Shown here piece by piece: positions 1 through 15,100 of a DNA stretch of 64,000 nucleotides. The notes under the pieces are model-generated. The model had not been told where the DNA came from, ran no database searches, and saw only the letters and a list, made by a program, of their open reading frames with translations. This stretch comes from Eledone cirrhosa (taxonomy: Eukaryota), in the NCBI GenBank assembly GCA_964016885.1, contig OZ024757.1, positions 30,938,001-31,002,000 of the forward strand, written 5' to 3'. The position numbers and the translations under genes are program-made. How positions within the stretch are numbered: position 1 is the first letter of the stretch; every line of letters begins with the position of its first letter.

Positions 1-42
1 TAAATGATTATGAGTTCATGCAATTGAGTTATGTTTCGTCAC

Positions 43-149
<107 letters not shown>

Positions 150-200
150 GTATATATATGTATATATATATGTATATATATATGTATATATATGTATATA

Positions 201-285
<85 letters not shown>

Positions 286-295
286 GTATATATAC

Positions 296-327
<32 letters not shown>

Positions 328-615
328 GTATATATGTATATATGTATATATATATGTATATATGTATATATATATATATGTATATATATATGTATATATA
401 TGTATATATATATGTATATATATATGTATATATATATGTATATATATATATATGTATATATACGCGTCTAACCCATGCTAGCATGGAAAATGGACGTTAA
501 ACGAAGATGATGATGATATATATCGAATGAAGCAATGAAGTAAAGAACTCACGTTAATCCCAGTAATTTAATGAGTTCAAGGAAATATACATACATATAT
601 ATATATATACACATT

Positions 616-655
<40 letters not shown>

Positions 656-1062
656 TACACACCCACCCACACACATATATATATATATATAATGTGTGTG
701 TATGTTATATATATATATACATATATATAATGTGTGTGTATGCTTATATATATAATGTATTATTGCATAGGTGTGTGTCTTTTCATGTGACAAGGGAGTG
801 TTCCAATTTCTCCCCCCTACTTTCCCTCAATCCCGAAATTACAGTAATAACATAAATGGATAACAATAAATTATGGAACTATCTTCTTCCAAAATCCTTT
901 GGAAATCCTTTCCATCCACTGGATTCCTCGTGGAGCCATTCCACAATTTATTACCTAGCAATTCCATAATCCTTCACTAATATGTTTTTTTGAGATGAGG
1001 GTATTATTATGTATTGTATTTAATTGTATAACTATGTGGTTCTTTAGACTGTGGTTCCTTAA

Positions 1063-1286
1063 CCCTTTAGCATTTTAACTGGCCGAATCTGGCCAGAATT
1101 CTCTCATCTTTTTTTTTCAAACCAGCTGTAACCAGCTGTTCATACTAATATTAAGGTATAGTTCTCAAAATAAATACTATCAAAATCTCATAGATTCGAT
1201 ATTAAGTTATTGAGATGATTATGTAAAATAAAGCCTTTACCATGAAAATACAATAGTAAATATAGAGTAATGTAAAGGCTAAAGGG
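1063..1286. mobile_element. piggyBac-like MITE (~220 bp), copy 1
   Basis: TTAA-CCCTTTAGCATT...GCTAAAGGG-TTAA: terminal inverted repeats and TTAA target site. Confidence 0.8.
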
Positions 1287-1304
1287 TTAAGGTTTAGTAA
1301 TGCA

Positions 1305-1750
1305 CCTCTCTGAGATCTGTGCCCTAAGTGACTGATTAGTTGGCCTTACCAGTAGCACTTCTCTGAGGTCTGTGCCCTAAGGGGCTGCCTAGTTAGCCTT
1401 GATTGTTACCACTCTCTGAGGTCTGTGCCCTAAGGGGCTGCCTAGTTGGCCTTACGAGTAGCACTTCTCTGAGGTCTGTGCCTTATGGGGCTGCCTAGTT
1501 AGCCTTAATTGTTGCCCCTCTCTGAGGTCTGTGCCCTAAGGGGCTGCCTAGTTGGCCTTACGAGTAGCACTCCTCTGAGGTCTGTGCCTTATGGGGCTGC
1601 CTAGTTAGCCTTAATTGTTGCCCCTCTCTGAGGTATGCCCTAAGGGGCTACCTAGTTAGCCTTAATTGTTGCCCCTCTCTGAGGTCTGTGCCCTATGTGG
1701 CTGCCTAGTTAGCCTTAATTGTTGCCCTTCTCTGAGGTCTGTGCCCTAGG
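1305..1750. repeat. ~53-bp minisatellite (ctctgaggtctgtgccctaaggggctgcctagttagccttaattgttgcccct)
   Basis: About 8 tandem copies. Confidence 0.85.
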
Positions 1751-1855
1751 TAGCACTACTTTAAGCAATTTGAAGGGAAGTAAAAGCCAGTTAAATTCTT
1801 CTCCTCCCCCCCAGTACTTGACTGTTATGTTATTTTATTGATCCTGGGTATTTAA

Positions 1856-2075
1856 CCCTTTAGCATTTACATTACTCTATATATACTATTATATTTTCAT
1901 GGAAAAGGCTTTATCTCACATAATATCTCATATAATATCGAATCCATGAGATTTTGATATTATTTATTTTGAGACCAATACCTTAACATCAGTATGAGTG
2001 GCCGGTTACGACTGGTTTGAACAGAAAGAGGTGAGAGAATTCTGGCCATTTATGGACAGTTTAAATGCTAAAGGG
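1856..2075. mobile_element. piggyBac-like MITE, copy 2 (opposite orientation to copy 1)
   Basis: TTAA-CCCTTTAGCATT...AATGCTAAAGGG-TTAA; body is the reverse complement of copy 1. Confidence 0.8.
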
Positions 2076-2850
2076 TTAAAGGATGGGATGTTGTGTGTGA
2101 CTGCAGCACCAAACCACAGACTACACAGCACCTTCTGATATGCCCTCTGCTGGTAAACCATGACCACAACCACCACCACCAACACACTAACACCACCACC
2201 ACCACCAACACACTAACACCACCACCACCAACACACTAACACCACCACCACCACCACCACCACCAACACACTAACACCACCACCACCACCACCAACACAC
2301 TAACACACTAACACACCACCACCACCAACACACTAACACCACCACCACCACCACCACCAACACACTAACACCACCACCACCACCACCAACACACTAACAC
2401 CACCACCAACACACTAACACCACCAACACCACCACCACCATCACCACCACCACCACCAACACACTAACACCACCACCACCAACACCACCACCACCACCAA
2501 CACCACCACCACCACCACCACCACCACCACCACCACCACCACCACCACACCAACACCACCACCACCACCACCACCACCACCACCACCACCACACTAACAC
2601 CACCACCACCACCACCACCACACTAACACCACCACCAACACCACCAACACCACCACCAACACACTAACACCACCACCACCACCAACACACTAACACCACC
2701 ACCACCACCAGCACCACCACCACCTTGTGTACAATTTAATAATGAACATTAGTTCGCATTCTCCTCTTAATTAGACAACTACTTTGACAACATGGTAATT
2801 AAGAACTATATTCATGCCAGCTTGGAAAAGTGGAAGTAAAATGATAATGG

Positions 2851-2883
<33 letters not shown>

Positions 2884-3259
2884 CATCGCCGATGTTGACA
2901 ATGAGGATGAGGCTGACAACGTTGCCGATGACAATGACAATAATAAGGATGACAAGGTGATGACGATGATGATGATGATGACAACGTTGATGATGATGAG
3001 GATGACAACGAATATGACAACACCGATGACAACAGTGATGATGATGATAAAAATATAGATCGTTAAGTCCAAAATACAAGAAAGAAGACTAATTAGTATT
3101 GTAATAAAGAAACTAGGTCTACTTTAAATTTTCTTCTCAACTTTAAATTGTTTTAATTATAAATTGAGAAAAAAATATTTAAAAATCTTAAATCAGCAAA
3201 TTTAGATTCTGAGAATTTTATCCCTGGCTAGTAAATTTAACTTTTTTGATATCAACCCA

Positions 3260-3525
3260 ACCAAAACTGGCCAAAACTGGACCAAACTAGCTAAAACTGT
3301 ACCAAACTGGCTAAAACTGGACCAAACTGGTCCAAACTGGACCAAACTGGCCCAAAACTAGACCAAACTGGCCCCAAATCTGGACCAAACCAGCTAAAAC
3401 TGGACCAAACTAGCTAACACTGGACCAAACTGGCCAAAACTAGATCAAACTGGCTAAAACTGGACCAAACTGGCCAAAACTAGATCAAACTGGCCAAAAC
3501 TGGACCAAACTGGCCAAAACTGACT
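3260..3525. repeat. ~10/21-bp minisatellite (aaaactggaccaaactggcc)
   Basis: Direct tandem repetition. Confidence 0.85.
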
Positions 3526-3629
3526 GGCTGTGGATTTATATAACAAAGCCATCCGTTTTAAAGGAGTTCTTATGGCATTGGTGGTAATGGTGTGGTTGGT
3601 AGTGTTGGTGTTGTGGTTATAATAAAAAG

Positions 3630-4266
3630 ATTGTGGTGCCCCAGTAGGCCACAATCTAATGTCTGAAACCAGTAATAGAATGTGGTGCCCCAGCATGGCC
3701 GCAGTCTAATGACTGAAACCAGTTAAAAGAATATAGTAATGTGGTGCCCCAGCATGGCCACAGTCTAATGACTGAAACCAGTAAAAGACACAATACAATG
3801 TGGTGCCCAGGATGGCCACAGTCTAATGATTGACACCAGTAAAAAGACATTTAAAAAAATCAACTGGCATTGATATAATTGACTAAAATCTATATTCGAT
3901 GGTGCCCCAGCATGGCCACAGTCTAATGACTGAAACCAGTTATAGAATAAAAGAATGTGGTGCCCCAGCATGGCCACAGTCTAATGACTAAAACCAGTTA
4001 AATGAATACAACAATGTGCTGCCCCAGTATGGCCATAGTCTGACTGAAATCAGTAAAAGACATAATACAATGTGGTGCCCCAGCATGGCCAGAGTCTAAT
4101 GACTGAAACCAATAATAGAATAGAAGAATGTGGTACCCCAGCATGGCCACAATCTAATGACTGAAACCAGTCAAAACACAAATAAATCTACTGGGATTGA
4201 TATAATTGACTAAAATCTATTAAAGATGGGGCCCCAGCATGGCCACGGTCTAATGACTAAAACCAA
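3630..4266 (+). repeat. Tandemly amplified ~55-60-bp unit (gtggtgccccagcatggccacagtctaatgactgaaaccag)
   Basis: About 10 copies; a solitary relative lies at 26192-26250. Confidence 0.85.
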
Positions 4267-4911
4267 TAAATAAATAAATAAATAAATAAATAAGTAAATA
4301 AATGGATAAATATTCACAAATTGCATCGATAATCGATCCTAGCTTAATGACTGTTTAATTAATTGTCCAATTATTATAAAAATCAGGCAGAATTTATTGT
4401 AAAAACTGTGCTACATCTCGTTAGGAACTCATCCAAGAATTGATTAAAATATCAAAATTATTATTGGTATCATTTTTGTTGGTGTTGGTGGTAGGTTGGG
4501 GGGTGGGGGTGGTGTTGGGGTGGTGTTATTGTTTGTGGTGGTGTTGGGGGGTGTTGTTTGTGATGAGGGTGTTTGTGGCGGTGGTGTTGTTTGTGATGGG
4601 GGTGTTGGTGGTGGTGGGATGTTGCTTGTGGTGGTGGTGGTGGTGGTGGTATTGTTGCTGTTGTTGCTGTTGTTGGTGGTAGTGTTGTTTGTGTTTATGG
4701 TGATGGTGTTGTTGTTGTTTGTGGTGGTGGTCGTGGTGTTGTTGGTAGTGGTGTTGTCGGTGGTGTTGGTGGTAGTGTTGTTGTTTTTGGTGGTATTGGT
4801 AGTGGTATCGTTGTGGTGGCGGTAGTGTTGTTGGTGGTATTGCTGTTGTTGTTGGTGTTGTTGCTGTGATTGTTTTTTAGTGGTGTTGGTGTTGTTGTTA
4901 TTGTTGATGAT

Positions 4912-5116
4912 GGTGGTGGATTGGCAGTATCGGTAGAGGGTCGGACGCCATGCTTTCCAGCATAGAGTTACGGCCCTTGCCACTCTGAGTTCAAATCCCG
5001 TCGAGGTTAACTTTTTCTTTCATCCTTACGGGGTCGATAGAATAAAGTACCAGTGATACACTGGGGTAATTGCTGGCCTTGTGCCAAAAGGTAGAAACAA
5101 GTAGAAACAATTATTA
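4912..5116 (+). mobile_element. tRNA-derived SINE family B
   Basis: Closely matches 52922-53116. Confidence 0.8.
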
Positions 5117-5763
5117 TTGTTGATGATGGTGGTGTTGCTGCTCTCGTTGGAAGGAGTGTTGTTGTTGGTGTTGTTGTTGTTGTTGTTGTTGTTAATGGTG
5201 TGATTGTTTTTGGTGGTTTTTATTGTTGAGTTGGTGTTGTTGTTATTGCTGGAGGTGTTGTGATTGTTGTTGGTGGTGGTGTTGGTAATGGTGTTGTTGT
5301 TGTTGGTGGTGGTGGTAATGGTGGTGGTGGTGGTGGTGTTGTTGTTGGTGTTGTTATTATAGGTGATGTTGTTGGTAATGGTGGTGGTGTTGTTGGTGGT
5401 GTTGGTAATGGTGATGTTGTTCGTAATGGTGGTGGTGTTGTTGGTGGTGTTGGTAATGGTGGTGGTGGTGGTGTTGTTGTTGTTGTTGTTATTGTTGTTG
5501 TTGTTGGTGGTGGTGGTGTTGTGATTATTTTTGGTGGTGTTGTTGGTAATGGTTTTGTTGTTGTTGGTGGTGGTGTTGGGAATGGTAGTGTTGTTGGTGG
5601 TGGTGATGGTGTTGTATATATTAGTAGCCCCCACCCATTAAAAAGAAACAATTAAAGTCAATCCATTTCTACATCAAAAGTTATTAATATAAAAGCAACA
5701 CAGTTGATGGAATTCTGGTTTAAATTTTAAATAAACTGCATTTTTTCTACTTTACCTTTCAAC

Positions 5764-5806
<43 letters not shown>

Positions 5807-6478
5807 AACCTTGCTTGCAGAGGACGTTAAACGATGATATATATATATATATATATATATTTATTTATTTATATATATATATTTATTTATTTATATATAT
5901 AGAGAGAGAGAAATGGCTTCTACAGGACTAGAACTGTTTTATTCGAAGGGAATCATCAGGCTTTCCTATATTAAATTGTGTATGTTTTGAGTACTTTACT
6001 TACTGTGGTTACCGGTTAACCCTGATTGAACCTGAGATACACACACACACACACATATATATATATATTAATTGTTTCTACTTTAGGCACAAGGCCAGCA
6101 ATTACCCAGTATATTACTGGTACTTTATTTTAAATATATATATTAATAAAAGGAATTCCAACTTTGTCTGATTTACTCATTTTATTTACAATCCTTTAAA
6201 TTTATAATGGTATTAGAATGAAATAGTATGGTAGAATATTAAATATTAAGTGTTAATTGAACAAGTACTTTCATGCTTTCATCTATCTATATATATATAT
6301 ATGTATGTATGTATAGTGTAGTAAAACATTGAGAGCTTATATCTGTAGTAGGTAGAGAACTCAGTCCATAGGATGAGTTTGGTATAAAGTTAGTTCTACA
6401 ACAAATTAGCAAACCATACTCGAGGACATGCATTTCATATAACAGATTCTCAACCTGAGTTGAGAATTTATTGGGTGA

Positions 6479-6526
<48 letters not shown>

Positions 6527-6556
6527 AGATCAAAAGATGGTTAAAAGAGTTCCATG

Positions 6557-6627
6557 TATTTTATTATGCACATTTCAAAAATAAATATCACCATGCAATA
6601 ACATTTGTGTTTTCATCAGATAAAATA
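6557..6627 (-). ncRNA. Type I hammerhead ribozyme, diverged homologue of 60872-60942
   Basis: Minus strand TATTTTAT-CTGATGA-aaacacaaatgttattgcatggtgatatttattttt-GAAA-TGTGCA-TA-ATAAAATA; flanks 6524-6843 align in reverse to 60571-60978. Confidence 0.7.
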
Positions 6628-6856
6628 GGAAGACATGATATGAAGGTTAAAAAACACTTGTGAATAGTGCAGTTTTAAATCAACATATGAAAGGTAGTTT
6701 TAGATTGATGTGTGATATTGGGAACATTTTTTTTAAATTTTGATCTTATATATTATGTATACTCCAGTCGTACAAACTGTAGAGTGCTTCTTATCCGATA
6801 TCTGTATTGCTTTATTGTACTACAATAAAACTCACCTCCTACATATTTCTAACTCA

Positions 6857-6919
<63 letters not shown>

Positions 6920-7171
6920 CATGTGTGTGTGTGTGTGTATGTGTGTATGTGTGTGTTGATAATTTATAATTGTCAGATCATGTTGAAAGACTCTGTTTAT
7001 CACTTGGGTAAAATAATACAATAAACATTTGTTATAGTTTGAATCTAACACTTGGTGTATATTTTGTTCATCTCTTTGGTATATTCAATTATATTACACA
7101 GCTCGGAAAGGCTTTTTTCTTGGAGCTATTTAATTATAAGAGACTATTTTGAGTTTCTAACTCAGTATATA

Positions 7172-7257
<86 letters not shown>

Positions 7258-7284
7258 CACACATAGAAATGTAGATAAACTTAC

Positions 7285-7308
7285 CTTATCAAAATGACTT
7301 TTCCATCT
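7285..7308 (-). CDS. Candidate 24-nt micro-exon (RWKSHFDK)
   Basis: Minus strand ccttttttatttcttttgcag|AGATGGAAAAGTCATTTTGATAAG|gtaagt: strong acceptor and donor, frame-preserving; peptide resembles, from memory, the HWKVLFDQ segment preceding the EF-hand of vertebrate RHBDL3. Confidence 0.55.
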
Positions 7309-7790
7309 CTGCAAAAGAAATAAAAAAGGAATTATCAATATTTGAGAAATGGAAGACAAATTCATTTATTTACTTTCATGTATTTCATAACATACTAGAT
7401 AAATAATAAAGGGAGTGCCTGTAACTGAGTGCAGAGTAAATATACATACAGATTTCACTGATAAAGCTCTGGTTTAGGAAACAACACCTCAATGTTCTGG
7501 TCATTAACCCAACACATTGACTGTAACACTATGTGGCTTCACACACACACATACACGCACATACATACACACACTCATACACGCACATACATATACAACC
7601 ACAAACACACAAACGCAAACACACATACACAAACACACACATACACCAAGACACACACGTACACACACCAACGCACCCACATACACAAACACACACACAT
7701 AGAGAAAGACACAACCACCCACACACCAACACACACACAAACATACACCAACACACACTCACATACATACATATACACAAATACACACAC

Positions 7791-7896
7791 TTTCCCCTCT
7801 GGTTGATGTTGTTGTTGTCAGCAATAAAAGGCATCCATGGTAAAAGACGTACACACACAAACATACACGCACACACATACACACACTCACACACAT

Positions 7897-7928
<32 letters not shown>

Positions 7929-8822
7929 TTTCCCCTCTGGTTGATGTTGTTGTTGTCAGCAATAAAAGGCATCCATGGTAAAAGACACACAAACAAACAT
8001 ACACACACAAACATACACACACACACACATACACCAACACACACTCACATACATACACACAAATACACACACTTTCCCCTGTGGTTGATGTTGTTGTTGT
8101 CAGCAATAAAAGGCATCCATGGTAAAAGGCACACAAACAAACATACACTCACACACATACACCAACACACACTCACACACATACATACACACAAATACAC
8201 ACACTTTCCCCTCTGGTTGATGTTGTTGTTGTCAGCAATAAAAGGCATCCATGGTAAAAGACGTACACAAACAAACATATACACACAAACATACACACAC
8301 AAACATACACCAGCACACACTCACATACATACATACACACAAATACACACACTTTCCCCTCTGGTTGATGTTGTTGTTGTCAGCAATAAAAGGCATCCAT
8401 GGTAAAAGACACACAAACAAAAATACACACACAAACATACACACACACACACATACACCAACACACACTCACATACATACACATACATACACACACTTTC
8501 CCCTCTGGTTGATGTTGTTGTTGTCAGCAATAAAAGGCATCCATGGTAAAAGACACACAAACAAACATACACGCACACACATACACCAACACACACTCAC
8601 ACACATACATACACACAAATACACACACTTTCCCCTCTGGTTGATGTTGTTGTTGTCAGCAATAAAAGGCATCCATGGTAAAAGGCACACAAACAAAAAT
8701 ACACTCACACACATACACCAACACACACTCACACACATACATACACACAAATACACACACTTTCCCCTCTGGTTGATGTTGTTGTTGTCAGCAATAAAAG
8801 GCATCCATGGTAAAAGACGTAC
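7791..8822. repeat. Eight copies of a conserved ~58-bp unit separated by variable (CA)-rich spacers
   Basis: tttcccctctggttgatgttgttgttgtcagcaataaaaggcatccatggtaaaag at ~7791, 7929, 8073, 8204, 8353, 8497, 8629, 8761. Confidence 0.9.
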
Positions 8823-8981
8823 ACGTGATATAAAAGATTAAACCTATTCCTTTCCGTTCAATATTGTAAGAGTCCAAAGAGAGACAAAGATTTCATTTCT
8901 TCAATCATTCTGTGTTTAGGGACTTACTGCAAATAATTCTACTCTTGTTGCCTTTGTGCTAATGCCACTTCGATTAATTAC

Positions 8982-9040
<59 letters not shown>

Positions 9041-9271
9041 ATGTGTATGTGTATATATGTATATGTATGTATGTATATGTGTGTGTATGTGTATATGCAT
9101 ATGTATATATATATGTATATATGTATATGTGTGTATATGTATATGTGTGTATATGTATATGTGTATATGTATGTGTATATATATATATATATGTATATGC
9201 GTATATATATTTATATGTATATGCGTATATATATTTATATGTATATGCGTATATATATGTATATGTGTATA

Positions 9272-9387
<116 letters not shown>

Positions 9388-9423
9388 CATGCTAAAGTGG
9401 AAGATGGACGTTAAACAATGATG

Positions 9424-9506
<83 letters not shown>

Positions 9507-9625
9507 TATATATATATATTTTATGTTTCTATGAAGCTATTGTAGTACAACATTAATTATATAATAGTATTCTATACCCTTGCTAGCAGGGAAAAAGGAC
9601 GTTAAAAGATGATAATGTTGAATCT

Positions 9626-9663
<38 letters not shown>

Positions 9664-9865
9664 CATACATAAACATGTATATATATATATATATAAACAT
9701 GTGTATATATATATATATAGGTGTGTGTGTATACATTATGTAATGCTATAGTAGAACATTAGCTCTATATAACAGGATAGTTTGTTATGTATGTATGTGG
9801 AAGATAGACGTTAAACGATGATGATGATGTATCTATAACTGTATAGTCTATTATATATGCACATG

Positions 9866-9928
<63 letters not shown>

Positions 9929-10184
9929 ACATATATATATATGTATACATATATATATATGTATGTATGTATATATGTATATATATATGTATATATGTAT
10001 ATATATATATGCATATATGTATATATGTATATATATATATATATATGCATATATGTATATATATATATATATATATATACATATGTATATATATTCATAT
10101 GTATATATATATATATATGTATATATATGTATGTATATATATGTATATATATGTATGTATACACACACACATATATATATGTAT

Positions 10185-10359
<175 letters not shown>

Positions 10360-11319
10360 TATATATATACATTATATATACACACACACACATATACACA
10401 TATGTGGGTGTGTGTTAATATCAGAATCGTATGGTGTAATATATATATATATATATATACGTGTGTGTATATATACAACAGTATTGATAGCCTATACACG
10501 TGTGTATATATAACAGTATATATATAGTGTATATATGTGTGTATATATAACAGTATTGTATAGTCTATTATACAAGAAAGAGATTTCATCAGAGATAAAA
10601 CGAAACACTAAACGAATTTATTGAGAAATATTCCGTCAACAGAGAGAAATATGTTGTGGAAGGTAGCAATGTAATTTTACCTTTTAGTGGGTGAAGTGTG
10701 TGGTGTGGTGTGTGGTGTGGTATGGTGTAGTGTGGTGTGGTGTGGTATGGTGTAGTGTGGTGTGGTGTAGTGTGGTGTAGTGTGGTAGTGTGTAGTATGG
10801 TAGTGTGTAGTGTGGTGTAGTGTGGTGTAGTGTGGTGTAGTGTAGTGTGTAGTGTCTGGTGTGGTGTGGTGTAGTGTAGTGTGGTGTGGTGTAGTGTGGT
10901 GTGGTGTAGTGTGTTGTGTGGTGTGGTGTGGTGTGGTGTAGTGTGGTGTAGTGTGTGGTGTGGTGTGGTGTAGTGTAGGTGCGTGGTGTAGTGTGTGGTG
11001 TAGTGTGGTGTAGTGTGGTGTGGTGTAGTGTAGCGTGGTGTGGTGTAGTGTGGTGTAGTGTGGTGTAGTGTGTGGTATAGTGTGTGGTGTGGTGTGTGGT
11101 ATAGTGTGTGGTGTGGTGTGTGGTGTAGTGTGTCTGGTGTAGTGTCATGTATGGCTTGTGTGTGATGTAGTGTGTATGACTTGTGTGTAGTGTAATTGTG
11201 TGGTGTAACATCAACAACAATAACAACACCACCGCCAGTAGTAACAACAACACCAGTAACTGTTGTTTTAGTCCATACCACGTGCTCAGTAAACCCACTG
11301 TTGTTGCCCAAGCTATGGA

Positions 11320-11660
11320 CCTGTTAACCCACTGTTGATGTTGTAGTCCATACTATGTGCCCAGTTAACCCACTGTTGTCCAAGCTATTTGCCCAGTTAA
11401 CCCACTGTTCAAGCTATGTGTCCAGTTAACCCACTGTTGTCCAAGCTATTTGCCCAATTAACACACTGTTGTCCAAGCTATGTGCCCAGTTATCCCGCTG
11501 TTGTCCAAGCTATTTGCCCAATTAACCCGCTGTTGTCCAAGCAATTTGTCCTGTTAACCCACTGTTGTCCAAGCTATTTGCCCAGTTAACCCACTGTTGT
11601 CCAAGCTATTTGCCCAGTTTACCCACTGTTGTCCAAGCTATTTGCCCAGTTTACCCACTG
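11320..11660. repeat. ~32-bp minisatellite (gttaacccactgttgtccaagctatttgccca)
   Basis: About 10 copies. Confidence 0.85.
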
Positions 11661-11774
11661 ATTATATTTACCTACATAAAACATTTAAAATGTGTCTCCT
11701 GCCACATTTCTCTCCCTCTCTCACTGTTTATTTCTCTTAGGAAAAAACCTTGGTTTTCTTTCTCTGCAGACAGA

Positions 11775-11829
<55 letters not shown>

Positions 11830-11992
11830 GCTCCATAACCAGACCGACACCAACACCAACACCAACACCACCACCACCACCATTCTATATTAGTAAAAAA
11901 AATGAAACCAGTTCTTCCATTTCCAAAATGAATAAATGAATACAAGACAAATACACACACACACAAACATACATACACACACACACACACAA

Positions 11993-12037
<45 letters not shown>

Positions 12038-12142
12038 CACACACACTCATAATACATATATTTATATATATATGAATATATACAATATATATATATATAC
12101 ATATATATATATATGAATATATATATATATACATACATATAT

Positions 12143-15100
12143 AATTAAGTTAAAGATGTACATCCATATATGTATACTGAAATACTAGTATGTATATGAA
12201 TACACACACGTATACATATGTAGATGTACCAAGTTTTTTTCACTGGTCACTTTACTGTGAGTGGCCAGCTATTCTGTATGTAAACACACAGACAAACCGG
12301 TTTTTAGAGTCATACTGGTTTTTGAGGAAACACCTTTCCTCTATTCTCCAGAAAGCCAGACAAGGAATATTGAACTAGTTTCGTTGTTGTTACAACTCAT
12401 CAGCAATATTTACCTATCTTCCGGCCTCTCTAGAGAATCGTAAAAGCACATATCGTTATATGCTTTTTCTATGAAAATTAGTAGTGGGCAGACTAATCCG
12501 CACAGAGTGTGAGTAAGTACCGGTTCAACGGAGACGATAAAAACAAATAACGAAACGAAATTAAATTTCGTTTCGTTTGTAACTCACTTTTGTATGACTG
12601 ACGCTTAAACAATTAAGTTAAAGATGTACATCCATATATGTATACTGAAATACTAGTATGTATATGAATACACACACGTATACATATGTAGATGTACCAA
12701 GTTTTTTTCACTGGTCACTTTACTGTGAGTGGCCAGCTATTCTGTATGTAAACACACAGACAAACCGGTTTTTAGAGTCATACTGGTTTTTGAGGAAACA
12801 CCTTTCCTCTATTCTCCAGAAAGCCAGACAAGGAATATTGAACTAGTTTCGTTGTTGTTACAACTCATCAGCAATATTTACCTATCTTCCGGCCTCTCTA
12901 GAGAATCGTAAAAGCACATATCGTTATATGCTTTTTCTATGAAAATTAGTAGTGGGCAGACTAATCCGCACAGAGTGTGAGTAAGTACCGGTTCAACGGA
13001 GACGATAAAAACAAATAACGAAACGAAATTAAATTTCGTTTCGTTTGTAACTCACTTTTGTATGACTGACGCTTAAACAATTAAGTTAAAGATGTACATC
13101 CATATATGTATACTGAAATACTAGTATGTATATGAATACACACACGTATACATATGTAGATGTACCAAGTTTTTTTCACTGGTCACTTTACTGTGAGTGG
13201 CCAGCTATTCTGTATGTAAACACACAGACAAACCGGTTTTTAGAGTCATACTGGTTTTTGAGGAAACACCTTTCCTCTATTCTCCAGAAAGCCAGACAAG
13301 GAATATTGAACTAGTTTCGTTGTTGTTACAACTCATCAGCAATATTTACCTATCTTCCGGCCTCTCTAGAGAATCGTAAAAGCACATATCGTTATATGCT
13401 TTTTCTATGAAAATTAGTAGTGGGCAGACTAATCCGCACAGAGTGTGAGTAAGTACCGGTTCAACGGAGACGATAAAAACAAATAACGAAACGAAATTAA
13501 ATTTCGTTTCGTTTGTAACTCACTTTTGTATGACTGACGCTTAAACAATTAAGTTAAAGATGTACATCCATATATGTATACTGAAATACTAGTATGTATA
13601 TGAATACACACACGTATACATATGTAGATGTACCAAGTTTTTTTCACTGGTCACTTTACTGTGAGTGGCCAGCTATTCTGTATGTAAACACACAGACAAA
13701 CCGGTTTTTAGAGTCATACTGGTTTTTGAGGAAACACCTTTCCTCTATTCTCCAGAAAGCCAGACAAGGAATATTGAACTAGTTTCGTTGTTGTTACAAC
13801 TCATCAGCAATATTTACCTATCTTCCGGCCTCTCTAGAGAATCGTAAAAGCACATATCGTTATATGCTTTTTCTATGAAAATTAGTAGTGGGCAGACTAA
13901 TCCGCACAGAGTGTGAGTAAGTACCGGTTCAACGGAGACGATAAAAACAAATAACGAAACGAAATTAAATTTCGTTTCGTTTGTAACTCACTTTTGTATG
14001 ACTGACGCTTAAACAATTAAGTTAAAGATGTACATCCATATATGTATACTGAAATACTAGTATGTATATGAATACACACACGTATACATATGTAGATGTA
14101 CCAAGTTTTTTTCACTGGTCACTTTACTGTGAGTGGCCAGCTATTCTGTATGTAAACACACAGACAAACCGGTTTTTAGAGTCATACTGGTTTTTGAGGA
14201 AACACCTTTCCTCTATTCTCCAGAAAGCCAGACAAGGAATATTGAACTAGTTTCGTTGTTGTTACAACTCATCAGCAATATTTACCTATCTTCCGGCCTC
14301 TCTAGAGAATCGTAAAAGCACATATCGTTATATGCTTTTTCTATGAAAATTAGTAGTGGGCAGACTAATCCGCACAGAGTGTGAGTAAGTACCGGTTCAA
14401 CGGAGACGATAAAAACAAATAACGAAACGAAATTAAATTTCGTTTCGTTTGTAACTCACTTTTGTATGACTGACGCTTAAACAATTAAGTTAAAGATGTA
14501 CATCCATATATGTATACTGAAATACTAGTATGTATATGAATACACACACGTATACATATGTAGATGTACCAAGTTTTTTTCACTGGTCACTTTACTGTGA
14601 GTGGCCAGCTATTCTGTATGTAAACACACAGACAAACCGGTTTTTAGAGTCATACTGGTTTTTGAGGAAACACCTTTCCTCTATTCTCCAGAAAGCCAGA
14701 CAAGGAATATTGAACTAGTTTCGTTGTTGTTACAACTCATCAGCAATATTTACCTATCTTCCGGCCTCTCTAGAGAATCGTAAAAGCACATATCGTTATA
14801 TGCTTTTTCTATGAAAATTAGTAGTGGGCAGACTAATCCGCACAGAGTGTGAGTAAGTACCGGTTCAACGGAGACGATAAAAACAAATAACGAAACGAAA
14901 TTAAATTTCGTTTCGTTTGTAACTCACTTTTGTATGACTGACGCTTAAACAATTAAGTTAAAGATGTACATCCATATATGTATACTGAAATACTAGTATG
15001 TATATGAATACACACACGTATACATATGTAGATGTACCAAGTTTTTTTCACTGGTCACTTTACTGTGAGTGGCCAGCTATTCTGTATGTAAACACACAGA

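Noticed and set aside
7791-8822. CRISPR-like repeat-spacer look (also 3630-4266 and 34003-35108)
   Set aside because: Spacers are microsatellite-derived and mutually related, context is eukaryotic, no cas genes.
10575-10600. CTGATGA on the minus strand
   Set aside because: No matching GAAA/stem III found downstream.
12143-12610. Second ribozyme on the opposite polarity (ambisense viroid-like design)
   Set aside because: No CUGANGA core found on the other strand; other ribozyme classes could not be excluded by eye.
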